DNA of 64,000 bases, taken from assembly GCA_038915815.1 (NCBI GenBank), contig JBCLCL010000001.1:5899-69898 (forward strand), written 5' to 3'. The notes beneath the pieces are model-generated. The model was given only the letters and a program-made list of their open reading frames with translations, was not told where the DNA came from and searched no databases. Within the stretch, counting starts at the first letter, position 1, and each line of letters starts with the position of its first letter. A program made the position numbers and the translations under genes. The DNA is from Candidatus Limnocylindrales bacterium (GTDB taxonomy: Bacteria > Chloroflexota > Limnocylindria > Limnocylindrales > CSP1-4). Positions 28,814-39,555 of the stretch are shown piece by piece.

Positions 28814-30322
28814 CTACGCGCCCTCGCCTGAACGGCGCTCGGCCCGGATCGCGACGGCGCGCCGGTAGGCGTCGAGGTAGCGCAGCGCCGAACCGCTCGT
28901 CCAGTCGAAGTCGGCGGCCATCCCGCGGTCCACCAACCCAGCCCAGGCCGGGCCCCCGGCGCGGCGCCGGTTGATGGCCGCCTCGCAGGCGCCGACCAAC
29001 CCCGCCACGCTCGCCCCTTCGAACACGAAACCCGTGCCACGACCCGGGTTCGTCGTCTCGTCGGTGACCGTGTCCGCCAGCCCCCCGGTGCGGTGGACGA
29101 TCGGTGGCGTGCCGTAACGCAAGGCGATCATCTGGCCCTGGCCGCACGGCTCGAAGCGCGACGGCATGGCGAACAGATCGGCGCCGGCATAGATCCGTCG
29201 AGCCATGGCCCGGTCGAACCGTTCGATCAGGGCGACGCGCCCGGGGTTCGCGGCCGCCAGCGCCCGGAATGGCCCGGCGAGGGCCGGGTCGCCGCTTCCC
29301 TGGACGACCAGGCGAACACCGCGGTCGAGCAGCGTCGGGGCGGCATCGGAGAGCAGGTCGAAGCCCTTCTGCGGATCGAGCCGCCCGATTATCCCGATCA
29401 CCGGCCCGGGGTCGGCCGGGTCGAATCCCAGGCGGACCAGGAGATCGGCTCGACAGGCGACCTTGCCGGCCAGGTCCGCACGCGAATACGGGGCGGCCAG
29501 ATCGGCATCCACAGACGGATCCCAGACCGCGCTGTCCAGCCCGTTGAGGATGCCGCTGAACCGATCGCCCATCTCGCGCAGCGTGGCGTCCAGGCCCATC
29601 CCGAAGGCCGGGGTCAGCGCCTCGGCGGCGAAGCCCGGCGAGACCGTGTTGACCAGCTCCGCCCGCTCGATGCCCGAGCGCAGCAGGTCGATCCCGTCCG
29701 CATTCGCCGGCACGATCCCATCGCCCGGTGCGAGCCCGAGTTGTGGAAGGCTCGATCGGGGCGTCCAGCCGTGATAGGCCAGGTTGTGGACGGTCAGCAG
29801 GATGGCCGCCCGGCCGACGATCGAGTCGTCGGCATAGCGCGCGTCGCGGAAGATCGCGGCCGGTCCGCTGTGCCAGTCGTGGAGGTGGAGGATGTCCAGC
29901 GGCCGGCCGTCCGCCCGAAGGGCCTCCAGGGCCGCCCGACAGAAGAGCCCGAATCGCCAGGCGTTGTCCGGATAGTCTCCGGCAGCGTCCCCGTAGAACC
30001 CGTCCCGATCGAATGCCGCGGGGTAGTCGACCAGGCGCAGCCGGTAGCCGTCGGCCGGAACGTCGATGACCGTGGCCGGGCTGTGGCCGGACGGCGACCG
30101 AGGGTCAGCGACCTGCAGGACCGTGGCGCGTCCGACGGTCGGTGGTTCGGGCACGCTCCGGTAGCGTGGCAGGAAGACGTCCACCGGAGCGGCGATCGCA
30201 TCGCCGCCCGACCGCCCGAGCGCCCGGGCCAGGGCGTCAACGACGTCGGCCAGGCCGCCGGTCTTGGCCCACGGCTCACACTCCGCGGCGAGGAACGCGA
30301 CGCGCAATGGCATGGCCGTCAT
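28814..30322 (-). CDS. glgA: Glycogen synthase
   Basis: KTGGLADV, HDWH, HNLAYHG, QKG, PSRFEPCG and TGGLADTV motifs. Confidence 0.93.
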   Translation of the reverse strand: MTAMPLRVAFLAAECEPWAKTGGLADVVDALARALGRSGGDAIAAPVDVFLPRYRSVPEPPTVGRATVLQVADPRSPSGHSPATVIDVPADGYRLRLVDYPAAFDRDGFYGDAAGDYPDNAWRFGLFCRAALEALRADGRPLDILHLHDWHSGPAAIFRDARYADDSIVGRAAILLTVHNLAYHGWTPRSSLPQLGLAPGDGIVPANADGIDLLRSGIERAELVNTVSPGFAAEALTPAFGMGLDATLREMGDRFSGILNGLDSAVWDPSVDADLAAPYSRADLAGKVACRADLLVRLGFDPADPGPVIGIIGRLDPQKGFDLLSDAAPTLLDRGVRLVVQGSGDPALAGPFRALAAANPGRVALIERFDRAMARRIYAGADLFAMPSRFEPCGQGQMIALRYGTPPIVHRTGGLADTVTDETTNPGRGTGFVFEGASVAGLVGACEAAINRRRAGGPAWAGLVDRGMAADFDWTSGSALRYLDAYRRAVAIRAERRSGEGA

Positions 30323-30421
30323 GCTACCCGGCCCGCCGCCTCGCGCCCGGGTCACGGCGCGCTCCAGCCCTGTCACTAAACCGGTTCACATGGCGAGGGG
30401 GAACCGCTATGATGCCGGCGC

Positions 30422-32599
30422 ATGGAGTCCGTCCACGTCCCTTCCATCCCGGCTGCCAGCTTCGCCCTACCCCCGCGTCTCGAAGGCCTTCGGCGCCTCG
30501 CCTACAACCTGCAATGGGCCTGGCATCCACGGACCCGCGGGCTGTGGAGCCTGATCGATCGACGGGCCTGGACGCGCTATCGCAACCCGATCGCGGTCAT
30601 CAGCGGCCCCACCGACTGGGTGCGCCTGCTTGACGACGAGAAGTTCCTGGCCGAGTACCACGACGTCCTCGCCGCGTTCGACCAGTACATGGCCAACGGC
30701 TCGGACCACTGGTTCCAGCGCCGCTACGGCGGGATGCTGAGCGGCCCGATCGCCTACTTCTGCGCCGAATACGGGTTCCACGAGTCCCTGGGCATCTACT
30801 CCGGCGGGCTGGGCGTCCTGGCCGGTGATCACATGAAATCGGCCAGCGACATGGCCTTGCCGGCGATCGGCGTCGGGCTGCTCTACCGCAAGGGCTACTT
30901 CCGCCAGTCGATCGACGCCGACGGTCACCAGGAGCACAACTACCCCGACTACGACCTGGGCCGCCTCCCCTTGGGCCGGGTCCAGGATGCGTCCGGACTG
31001 CCGCTGACGGTCACCGTGGAGCTGCCCGGACGGGATCTGTCGATCGGCGTCTGGCTCGTCCAGGTCGGCCGGGTGCCGGTCCTCCTGCTCGACACGGACC
31101 TGCCCGAGAATCAGGACTCCGACCGACCGATCACGAATATCCTGTATGTCCGCGGTCGCGAGATGCGGCTGCACCAGGAGCTGGTTCTCGGGATCGGCGG
31201 CGTCCGCGCCCTCCGTGCCCTGGGCCTGGCGCCGGCGGCGTGGCATCTCAACGAGGGTCACTCCGCCCTCCTGCTCGCCGAGCGCGCCCGAGAGCACGTC
31301 GCCGCCGGCCGGACGCTCGACCAGGCCTGGGAGGAGGTCCGGCGCAACAGCGTCTTTACGATCCACACCCCGGTCTCCGCCGGGAACGAGCATTTCGACG
31401 TCGAGCTGATCCGGCGGCTGGCCGGCCCGCTCCTCGATGCCGGCGGGGTCCCGGTCGATCAGGTCCTCACACTCGGCCTGGGTGTGGACGGCGACCCCGG
31501 GCAGTTCGACATGACGGCGTTCTCGCTGCGCCTGACCAGCGGCGCGAACGCGGTGAGCCAGCTGCACGCCAGGACAGCCAACCAGACCTGGCAAGGCGTC
31601 ACCAACCGACCGATCCTGGGCCTGACCAACGGAGTCCACGTGCCCTCCTGGGTCGGTTCCCCGATCGCCGAGCTGCTCGAGGGCATCGGCGCCGACCTCG
31701 ACGATCTCGACCCCGGCACGGTGGCCGGCCGCTTCTGGGAACGCCTTGAGCGGATCCCGAGCCGCGACCTGTGGGAGGCCCACCTTCGCCAGAAGCGCGA
31801 GCTGGCCCTCTTCGCCCGCCGCCGCCTGCGCAGCCAGTTCGCCCGGCACGGAGAGTCGCCGACCGTCCTCGCCGAGGTCGAGTCGGCGCTCGATCCCGAG
31901 ATCCTGACGATCGGCTTCGCCCGGCGCTTCGCGACGTACAAGCGGGCTGGGCTCCTGTTCAGCGACCTCGACCGCCTCGCCCGGATGCTCTGGGACAAGG
32001 AGCACCCGGTCCAGGTCGTCTTCGCCGGCAAGGCCCATCCGGCCGACCGGCCGGGCCAGGGGGTGATCCAGGAGATCTTCCAGCGCTCGCGCTCGGCGCA
32101 GCTGCGCGGACGGGTCTTCATCCTGGAGGACTACGACATGCGCGTCGGCCGCTTCCTGGTCGAGGGGGTGGACGTCTGGCTGAACAACCCGCGCCGTCCA
32201 CTGGAGGCCTCGGGGACCTCCGGCATGAAGGCGGCCCAGAACGGCGTTCCCAACGTCAGCGTGCTGGACGGCTGGTGGGACGAGGGGTACCAGGGCGACA
32301 ACGGCTGGGCGATCGGGGGCCGCGAGACCCTCGCCGACGAGGCGGCCCAGGACTGGCACGACGCCCTTGATCTCTATCGACTGCTCGAGGACGAGATCGT
32401 GCCGCGCTATTACGAGCGCGATGCGACTGGATTGCCCGGGCGCTGGCTGGACGTGATGCGACGGGCCATGGCCACGGCACTGTGGGACTTCTCGACCACG
32501 CGGATGCTCCGCGAGTACGCCGAGCGGCTCTATCTGCCCGCGGCCGGCGTGAAGGTCGTCCAGGCGACGCCGGCGCCGGTCCTGACTGAAGCTGGTTAG
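30422..32599 (+). CDS. glgP: Alpha-glucan phosphorylase
   Basis: YSGGLGVLAGD, HLNEGH, GFARRFATYKR and EASGTSGMK motifs. Confidence 0.95.
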   Translation: MESVHVPSIPAASFALPPRLEGLRRLAYNLQWAWHPRTRGLWSLIDRRAWTRYRNPIAVISGPTDWVRLLDDEKFLAEYHDVLAAFDQYMANGSDHWFQRRYGGMLSGPIAYFCAEYGFHESLGIYSGGLGVLAGDHMKSASDMALPAIGVGLLYRKGYFRQSIDADGHQEHNYPDYDLGRLPLGRVQDASGLPLTVTVELPGRDLSIGVWLVQVGRVPVLLLDTDLPENQDSDRPITNILYVRGREMRLHQELVLGIGGVRALRALGLAPAAWHLNEGHSALLLAERAREHVAAGRTLDQAWEEVRRNSVFTIHTPVSAGNEHFDVELIRRLAGPLLDAGGVPVDQVLTLGLGVDGDPGQFDMTAFSLRLTSGANAVSQLHARTANQTWQGVTNRPILGLTNGVHVPSWVGSPIAELLEGIGADLDDLDPGTVAGRFWERLERIPSRDLWEAHLRQKRELALFARRRLRSQFARHGESPTVLAEVESALDPEILTIGFARRFATYKRAGLLFSDLDRLARMLWDKEHPVQVVFAGKAHPADRPGQGVIQEIFQRSRSAQLRGRVFILEDYDMRVGRFLVEGVDVWLNNPRRPLEASGTSGMKAAQNGVPNVSVLDGWWDEGYQGDNGWAIGGRETLADEAAQDWHDALDLYRLLEDEIVPRYYERDATGLPGRWLDVMRRAMATALWDFSTTRMLREYAERLYLPAAGVKVVQATPAPVLTEAG

Positions 32600-32606
32600 G
32601 CGGCCC

Positions 32607-34799
32607 ATGGCGCCGCGCATCTCGCTCGCGCTCGCGATCCACAATCATCAGCCGGTCGGCAACTTCGGCTGGGTCTTCGCCGAGGTCTACGGTGCGGCCT
32701 ACCTGCCGATGCTCGAGGCGGTCGAGCGCCATCCCGGCGTCCGCCTGTCGCTCCATTACAGCGGTCCCCTGCTGGAGTGGCTGCGCACCGAGCGCCCGGA
32801 GTTCATCGCCCGCCTGGCCGCGCTGGTCGCCCGGGACCAGGTCGAGATCCTGGGCGGCGGCTACTACGAGCCGGTCCTGGCGTCGCTCCCCGAGCGCGAT
32901 CGGATCGGCCAGCTCCGCCGCATGGGCGCCGAGCTGGAGGCGATGTTCGGCCGGCGGCCGACCGGCGCATGGCTCGCCGAGCGCGTCTGGGAACCGGACC
33001 TGCCGACCTCCCTCGCGGCGAGCGGCTACGACTGGACCATCCTCGACGACGCCCACTTCCGGGCCGCGGCGATCCCGGAGGAGGACCTCTGGGGGCCGTA
33101 CACCACCGAGGACCAGGGTCGCCGGCTGACCGTCTTCGGCACAGAGCAGGGTCTGCGCTACCGGATCCCGTTCCGCGATGTCGAGGACGTCATCGGCTAT
33201 CTGCGCAGCCACGCCAGCGAGGACGGCGGACGCGTCGGGATGATGGGCGACGACGGCGAGAAGTTCGGGTCGTGGCCCACGACCTGGCAGCACTGCTGGG
33301 GCGAAGGCCGCTGGGTCGAGCGATTCTTCGAGGCGCTCGAAGCCAACGCGGACTGGCTGGCCACGACCACGCCGTCGGCCTGGCTCGCGGATCACCGACC
33401 GATCGGCCGCGTCTACGTCCCGACCGGCTCGTACGCCGAGATGGGCGAATGGGCCCTGCCGGCTGACGAAAGCCGGGTCTTCGCCTCCGTGTTGCACGCT
33501 GCCCGGGAGGCGAGCCGGCCGGAGGCCCGCTGGCTGCGCGGAGCCTTCTGGCGCAACTTCCAGGTCAAGTACCGCGAGATCAACGACCTCCACAAGCAGA
33601 TGCTGCGAACGTCCGACAAGGTGGACGCCATGGCGGCGGGGCCGACCCGCGAGCTGGCCCTGGACCACCTCTATCGCGGCCAGTCCAACGACTGCTATTG
33701 GCATGGCCTCTTCGGCGGCATCTACATCAGCCACATGCGCCTCGCCACCTATGAGCACCTGATCGCCGCCGAGGATCTGGCCGACGCGGCGGCCGGGGAG
33801 CTCCACCTGGCCGAACGCCGCGACCTGGACATGGACGGCCGGGACGACGTCCGGCTGGCCGGGCCCGGACAGGTCGTGACGGTCGATCCAGCCTCCGGCG
33901 CCGGGATCGGCAGCTGGGACGTCCGTGCGGTTCGCCACGCGCTTGGCGCGGTCATGCGGCGCCGCCCGGAGGCGTATCACGAGACCCTTCGCAGCCACGA
34001 GGCGATGCTGGCCGGCGCAGCGGCGAGGACCGACGAGCCATCCGCAGGCGCAGGTTCCGGCGCTCCGGCCTCCATCCACGAGATCGTCATGACCAAGGAG
34101 CCGGGCCTCGCCGGGCAGCTCCACTACGACCGATACGAGCGACGTTCGGGCCTGGTCCGCTTCCTGGCGCCGGGCACCGACGCCAGGGCGTGGGCGAACG
34201 GGCAGGCCGTCGAGCTTGGCGACGCCGTGGACGGCGCATTCGAGATCGAGCATCTCGACACCGATCGGCTGATCGCCGGGCGTGTCGGGGCCGTCGCCGG
34301 ACCGGATGGGCCCGCGGAGCTCCGGATCGTCAAGGCGTTCGTCCTGGGCGGCGACCGGCGCAGCCCCACGCTGAACCTCACGGTCACGCTGGAGAACCGC
34401 TCCGCACGAAGGGTGGCGGCACTGTTCGGCCTTGAGTGGACCCTGACCATGCTCGGCGGCGGCGGCAATCCGTCAGCCTGGTGGGAGATGGATGGCGCGC
34501 GGAGCGCTCACGATTCGCGGGGGATCGCGGCGGGGATCAGCACGTTCGCCCAGGGCAACGACGACCTGGGCGTCGCGATCGCGACGACGCTGTCGCGACC
34601 GGCTGCGGCCTGGTGGGCGCCCGTCGAGACCGTCTCGAATTCGGAGGGCGGCTTCGAGCGCGTCTACCAGGGCTCGGGGTTACTGCTCGGCTGGCCGCTC
34701 GAACTGGCGGCCGGCGAGTCGTTCACGGTCAGCGTGGGCCACGCCGTGACGACCGCCCACGACCGAACGGTCGAGGAGACCGCCCGGTCGAGCCGTTGA
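32607..34799 (+). CDS. GH57 alpha-amylase / 4-alpha-glucanotransferase
   Basis: HNHQP, WLAERVW, DDGEKFG, QSNDCYWHGLFGG and SNSEGGFERVYQG motifs. Confidence 0.92.
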   Translation: MAPRISLALAIHNHQPVGNFGWVFAEVYGAAYLPMLEAVERHPGVRLSLHYSGPLLEWLRTERPEFIARLAALVARDQVEILGGGYYEPVLASLPERDRIGQLRRMGAELEAMFGRRPTGAWLAERVWEPDLPTSLAASGYDWTILDDAHFRAAAIPEEDLWGPYTTEDQGRRLTVFGTEQGLRYRIPFRDVEDVIGYLRSHASEDGGRVGMMGDDGEKFGSWPTTWQHCWGEGRWVERFFEALEANADWLATTTPSAWLADHRPIGRVYVPTGSYAEMGEWALPADESRVFASVLHAAREASRPEARWLRGAFWRNFQVKYREINDLHKQMLRTSDKVDAMAAGPTRELALDHLYRGQSNDCYWHGLFGGIYISHMRLATYEHLIAAEDLADAAAGELHLAERRDLDMDGRDDVRLAGPGQVVTVDPASGAGIGSWDVRAVRHALGAVMRRRPEAYHETLRSHEAMLAGAAARTDEPSAGAGSGAPASIHEIVMTKEPGLAGQLHYDRYERRSGLVRFLAPGTDARAWANGQAVELGDAVDGAFEIEHLDTDRLIAGRVGAVAGPDGPAELRIVKAFVLGGDRRSPTLNLTVTLENRSARRVAALFGLEWTLTMLGGGGNPSAWWEMDGARSAHDSRGIAAGISTFAQGNDDLGVAIATTLSRPAAAWWAPVETVSNSEGGFERVYQGSGLLLGWPLELAAGESFTVSVGHAVTTAHDRTVEETARSSR

Positions 34800-34925
34800 T
34801 CAGCGGATGCCGATCGAATAGACGGCGCGACGCGGGTCCCTGGGATCGTCGTAGCCGCCGACGTCGAGGACAAGTGAGACCACCGTGATGACTGCCATGA
34901 GAGCGAGGATGATGAACCCGATCAT
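34800..34925 (-). CDS. 41-aa single-pass membrane microprotein
   Basis: AAGAAGG then ATG; MIGFIILALMAVITVVSLVLDVGGYDDPRDPRRAVYSIGIR*; fills the gap between GH57 and the GntR promoter. Confidence 0.65.
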   Translation of the reverse strand: MIGFIILALMAVITVVSLVLDVGGYDDPRDPRRAVYSIGIR

Positions 34926-34941
34926 CGGGCACCTTCTTTCA

Positions 34942-34998
34942 TTGTTATAGTTGACTAGGCCAAGTCAGACGATACATTGGACTAGTACGCTATGTCAA
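34942..34998. promoter_or_regulatory. Twin 22-bp palindromic operators over divergent promoters
   Basis: TTG-N3-TAG-N4-CTA-N3-CAA at 34942-34963 and 34977-34998; TTGACT-N16-TACATT (+) and TTGACA-N18-TATCGT (-). Confidence 0.7.
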
Positions 34999-36014
34999 GT
35001 GATGACCAACCAGGGACTCTGCTGACCGGGCAGACGTCGGGGGCGCTCGATGTCGAGCGCGACTCCGATCTTCCCATCTCGACCCAGATCTTCTGGCAGC
35101 TCACCTACCAGATCGACTCGGGCCGTCTCCTCCCCGGTGCGCGCCTGGCTCCCGTGCGTGAACTGGGGGCGGCGTTGCGCGTCAACCCCAACACGATCCG
35201 GGCCGTCTACCGTCGCCTGGCCGACGCTGGCTACGTGACCAGCCGCCATGGCGCCGGGACCCATGTCTCCGAACGCCCGCCCCAGCGCCGGGGTCCGGAC
35301 AACCTCGCCGGGATCGTGGCCGAGATGCTGCGCCGGGCGACCCAGGCCGGGTTCACGGCCGACGAGCTGGCCGCGGCCACGTTCGCGGCGGCGACCGAAC
35401 GCAAGCGTCCCGGGCCGCTCGTGCGGGTCCTCTTCGCCGAGTGCACCAGCGCCGATGCCGGATATGACGCGGAACGCCTTGTCGCCGCCTTTCCCGGGAT
35501 GATCGAGGCCGAAGGCAGCCTGCTGGACGATCTGCCCGATCGGCTGGATCGCTTCCACTACGACCTCGTGGCGACCACGGCCTTCCACGCCGACGAAGCC
35601 CAGGTCCTCGTCGCCGGGCGCATCCCGGTCGTGGCCCTGCTCGTCGGCCCCGGCTACCTCGAGTTGGTCCACGAGATCGCCGGCCTGCCGAACGGCTCGC
35701 ACGTCGGCCTGGTGTGCGCCTCTGAGCGCGGCGCGGAGAACATCCAGGAAACGCTGGTGATCGCCGGCAACCGGGGCGTGGAGATCGTCTCCGCGCTGAT
35801 CGACGCACCGGAGGATCTGGAGATCGTCGATCGGACGGCCGATCTCATCCTGATGTCTCGCGAGGCACTGGCTGCCGGGCTGGACCGCTCGTTCTCGCGT
35901 CCGGAACGGATCCGCCCGTGGACGTACGACTTCGACCCGTCCGGCCTGGAGCTCCTGCGTCGCGCGATCGAGCACGTCGCGGGCGCCCGACCCATGGAGC
36001 CTGTCACGGCCTGA
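34992..36014 (+). CDS. GntR family regulator with YtrA-type HTH and long C-terminal domain (PlmA-like)
   Basis: PISTQI...LAPVRELG..LRVNPNTIRAVYRRL...GAGT; about 200-aa alpha/beta C-terminal region. Confidence 0.85.
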   Translation: MSSDDQPGTLLTGQTSGALDVERDSDLPISTQIFWQLTYQIDSGRLLPGARLAPVRELGAALRVNPNTIRAVYRRLADAGYVTSRHGAGTHVSERPPQRRGPDNLAGIVAEMLRRATQAGFTADELAAATFAAATERKRPGPLVRVLFAECTSADAGYDAERLVAAFPGMIEAEGSLLDDLPDRLDRFHYDLVATTAFHADEAQVLVAGRIPVVALLVGPGYLELVHEIAGLPNGSHVGLVCASERGAENIQETLVIAGNRGVEIVSALIDAPEDLEIVDRTADLILMSREALAAGLDRSFSRPERIRPWTYDFDPSGLELLRRAIEHVAGARPMEPVTA

Positions 36015-36070
36015 TCGCTCGCCACGCCCCGATCGGCCCCGCACCCCGACCCGACGCGTACGATGCTCGG

Positions 36071-39000
36071 GTGATGCGCGACTTCCACGTCCGGCGCGAA
36101 CCGCGCAGGCGGTATGCCGTCGCCCGTCCGCTCATCGGTAGCCGCGGCGACCTCGTCGCAGCCGACCTCGCGGGCATCCGTCGCCTGGCCGGCCGGATGA
36201 ACAGCGCGCGCGCGGCCGGGGCTCCGTCCGTCAGCGCCGGGGAGATCGCCGCACTGGGGCTCCTGCACGAGATCGGCCATCTGCTGATCGCCCGCCATGA
36301 GTCGCGCCGCGCCCCGGACCTGATGGCCTCAGCGCTCACCGACCTTGAGCGTCGGCTCGGACCGGACGCCGCCCGGCTGCTGGACCGGTTCGGCCGGGAG
36401 TTCCCCGGCTGGGATCCGGAACCTGAGCCGGCAGCCCATCGCCTCGAGGAACTGCTGCTGACCAGGATCTCCAACGAGAACCCGGCGCTCGGTCCGCTCC
36501 ACGAGCTGGTCGACGATCGCTCGCTGGCGAAGGGCACCCGCTACCGCGAGGCGATCGCCGATCTCGAAGCCATCTTCGCGGCCGGGCCGTCGAGTGACGT
36601 CGAAGGGACATCGCTGATCGAACTGCTGCGGGCACCGGCACGCCATGCCCCCACCTCCCTGGCCGGTCAGCTGCGCTACATCCGGGAGCACTGGGGGCCG
36701 ATCCTGGGCAGCGGGCTGGACGATCTGATCGCCCGGCTCGATCTCGCGGTCGGGATCATGGCCGAGGAGGAACGGGCACTCCACCTGCGGTTCGGTGGCG
36801 GCGGGGGTGGCGGGGGTGGCGCCGGTGACGGCCCGCTGGAGACGCCGTCGTTCGCCGGCGCCGCGGACGAGGACGAGGCGTTCTCATCCGATTCGGCCTG
36901 GATGCCGCGGGTCGTGTTGCTGGCCAAGAGCACCTACGTCTGGCTGGACCAGCTGTCACGGACGTACGGACGCGACATCTCGACGCTCGATGCGATCCCG
37001 GACGAGGAGCTGGACACACTCGCCCGCTGGGGAATCACCGGCCTCTGGCTGATCGGGCTGTGGGAACGCTCCGTGGCATCGGAGCGGATCAAGCGGATGC
37101 GCGGCAACAGCGAAGCGGTCGCCTCCGCCTATTCGCTCGACGACTACCGGATCGCGGCCGATCTCGGCGGTGAGCCGGCCTACGCGGAGCTGCGGGATCG
37201 CGCGGCGGCGCGCGGCATCCGCCTGGCCAGTGACATGGTCCCCAACCACATGGGCATCGATTCGCGCTGGGTGGTCGAGCATCCGGAGTGGTTCCTGTCG
37301 CTGCCCGAGCCACCCTACCCGGCCTACACCTTCAGCGGGGCGGATCTCTCGACGGACGAGCGGGTCGGGATCGTCCTCGAGGACCACTACTGGGACGACA
37401 GCGACGCCGCGGTCGTCTTCAAGCGTTTCGATCGGCAGACCGGCGACGTCCGCTATGTCTATCACGGCAACGACGGCACGAGCTTCCCGTGGAACGACAC
37501 GGCCCAGCTGGACTTCCTCGATCCGGCCGTCCGAGAGCAGGTCATCCGGACGATCATCGACGTCGCCCGGCGTTTCCCGATCATCCGCTTCGACGCGGCC
37601 ATGGTCCTGGCCCGGAAGCACATCGAGCGCCTCTGGTGGCCGGAACCCGGCAGCGGAACGGGGATCCCGTCGCGCGCCGAACACGCCATCCCGAAGCGAG
37701 CGTTCGACGCCCGTATGCCGGTCGAGTTCTGGCGTGAGGTGGTCGATCGGGTCGCCGCGGAGGTCCCGGGCACGCTCCTGCTGGCCGAGGCGTTCTGGCT
37801 GCTCGAGGGCTACTTCGTGCGGACCCTCGGGATGCATCGCGTCTACAACAGCGCGTTCATGCACATGCTCCGCGACGAGGACGGCGCCGGCTACCGCAAG
37901 GTGATCAAGGAGACGATCGAGTTCGACCCGGAGATCCTCAAGCGCTACGTCAATTTCATGAGCAACCCCGACGAGAAGACGGCCCTCGAGCAGTTCGGCA
38001 AGGGTGACAAGTACTTCGGCGTGGCGACGGTCCTGGCCACCCTCCCTGGCCTGCCGATGCTCGGGCACGGCCAGGTCCAGGGCTTCGACGAGAAGTACGG
38101 GATGGAGTTCCGGCGGGCGACCCTCGACGAACGCCCGGATCCGGACCTCGTGACGCGCCACGAACGCGAGATCTTCCCGTTGCTCCACCGGCGAGCCTGG
38201 TTCGCCGAGGCGCACGACTTCCTGCTCTTCGACTTCGTGACCGATCAGGGCGCGGTCGATGAGCACGTCTTCGCCTACTCGAACGGGGCAGGGCCTGAGC
38301 GGTCGCTGGTCGTCTTCCACGATCGGTTCGCCTCGACGAGCGGGGCCATCCGCGATTCGGCCGCCTACGCACTCAAGGCCCCCGATGGTTCGAAGCAGCT
38401 GGTCCGCCGATCCCTGGCGGAGGGCCTGGGACTCTCCAGGGAACCGGGTGCCTTCGTCATCTTCCGTGATGCGCGCACCGGCCTGGAATCTCTCCGCTCG
38501 TGTCGCGAGCTATGGGAGCACGGGCTTCGACTCGCGCTGGATGCCTACGCCACGCACGTCTACTGGGAGTTCCGCGAGGTTCGCGACGGCAGCGCCGGCC
38601 AGTGGGCACGCCTGGCGGAACGGCTCGGTGGGGCGGGCGTCCCGTCGCTGGATGAAACGCTGCGCGAACTGCAGCTGGAACCGGTTCACCGTCCGTTCCG
38701 GGCGATCTTCGCCGATGGGTCGGGCCGGGCGCTGCTCGACGGCGTAGGGACCGGCGCGCAGCTCGACGAGCTGGAACACCGCCATGCCGCGTTCCTCGCG
38801 GCCATCGCCGCGGCGACCGATGTCCGGGGCGATCCGACCGTTCTCGCGACGTCCACGCGCGCACGCACAGCGCGGGTGTTCGCCGACGCGTCGGCGGGTG
38901 CGTCGGCCGCCGAGGATCGCAAGGACCGTGCGGCGCTGCTCACATGGCTCGCCCTCTCCCGGATCGGCGAACTGGCGCCCGGCGCCGACGTCGGAGCCAC

Positions 39001-39553
39001 CAGCCTGGCCTGGTACGACGAACTGCGGCTCCCGGGAGCCCTCGCCGCGGGCCTCCGCCAGGCCGGACTGGAGGAGGGCGAAGCCTGGGCGGTGGCCGAC
39101 CTTGTCCGGGTGCTCCTGGCCCTGCCTCGCCCGTCCACGCTGCGCGGCCCGGCGCGCACGAGGGACGGCCGCCTCCTCGACCAGTGGCTGGGTCGGGACG
39201 TCGTCCGGACCGCCATCGGCCTGAACACCTGGCAGGGCGTCGAATACGTGGATCGCGATGCTTTCGAGACGATGCTCCGCTGGGCGGTCAGGCTCGATGC
39301 GATCGACGCACGGAAGCCGGGGCCGGCGGGACCGCCTCGCGCGGAACCGAGGCGAGCCAGCCCTGGCGGTACGGTCCGGCTGGACCTTGTCAGCCGTTTC
39401 TCCTCGGCGGCCGAAGCCGCCGGTTACCGCGTAGACCGCCTGCGAGCAGCCCTTGCACCGGTTACGCTGCGAGAACCGGCCGCCAGGTCGAAACCGGGCC
39501 CCGGGCAAGAACCCGGCGCCGGCCCGGTTTTGCGGCGGCCCAAAGCGGAGTGA
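36071..39553 (+). CDS. Large GH13 alpha-amylase family protein
   Basis: DMVPNH, IRFDAAM, LLAEAFW and FMSNPDE catalytic regions. Confidence 0.88.
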   Translation: MMRDFHVRREPRRRYAVARPLIGSRGDLVAADLAGIRRLAGRMNSARAAGAPSVSAGEIAALGLLHEIGHLLIARHESRRAPDLMASALTDLERRLGPDAARLLDRFGREFPGWDPEPEPAAHRLEELLLTRISNENPALGPLHELVDDRSLAKGTRYREAIADLEAIFAAGPSSDVEGTSLIELLRAPARHAPTSLAGQLRYIREHWGPILGSGLDDLIARLDLAVGIMAEEERALHLRFGGGGGGGGGAGDGPLETPSFAGAADEDEAFSSDSAWMPRVVLLAKSTYVWLDQLSRTYGRDISTLDAIPDEELDTLARWGITGLWLIGLWERSVASERIKRMRGNSEAVASAYSLDDYRIAADLGGEPAYAELRDRAAARGIRLASDMVPNHMGIDSRWVVEHPEWFLSLPEPPYPAYTFSGADLSTDERVGIVLEDHYWDDSDAAVVFKRFDRQTGDVRYVYHGNDGTSFPWNDTAQLDFLDPAVREQVIRTIIDVARRFPIIRFDAAMVLARKHIERLWWPEPGSGTGIPSRAEHAIPKRAFDARMPVEFWREVVDRVAAEVPGTLLLAEAFWLLEGYFVRTLGMHRVYNSAFMHMLRDEDGAGYRKVIKETIEFDPEILKRYVNFMSNPDEKTALEQFGKGDKYFGVATVLATLPGLPMLGHGQVQGFDEKYGMEFRRATLDERPDPDLVTRHEREIFPLLHRRAWFAEAHDFLLFDFVTDQGAVDEHVFAYSNGAGPERSLVVFHDRFASTSGAIRDSAAYALKAPDGSKQLVRRSLAEGLGLSREPGAFVIFRDARTGLESLRSCRELWEHGLRLALDAYATHVYWEFREVRDGSAGQWARLAERLGGAGVPSLDETLRELQLEPVHRPFRAIFADGSGRALLDGVGTGAQLDELEHRHAAFLAAIAAATDVRGDPTVLATSTRARTARVFADASAGASAAEDRKDRAALLTWLALSRIGELAPGADVGATSLAWYDELRLPGALAAGLRQAGLEEGEAWAVADLVRVLLALPRPSTLRGPARTRDGRLLDQWLGRDVVRTAIGLNTWQGVEYVDRDAFETMLRWAVRLDAIDARKPGPAGPPRAEPRRASPGGTVRLDLVSRFSSAAEAAGYRVDRLRAALAPVTLREPAARSKPGPGQEPGAGPVLRRPKAE

Positions 39554-39555
39554 TC

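Noticed and set aside
34729-34932. 67-aa minus-strand ORF from the track
   Set aside because: Overlaps the GH57 gene end and looks non-protein-like; the 41-aa frame has better RBS spacing and a clear TM helix.
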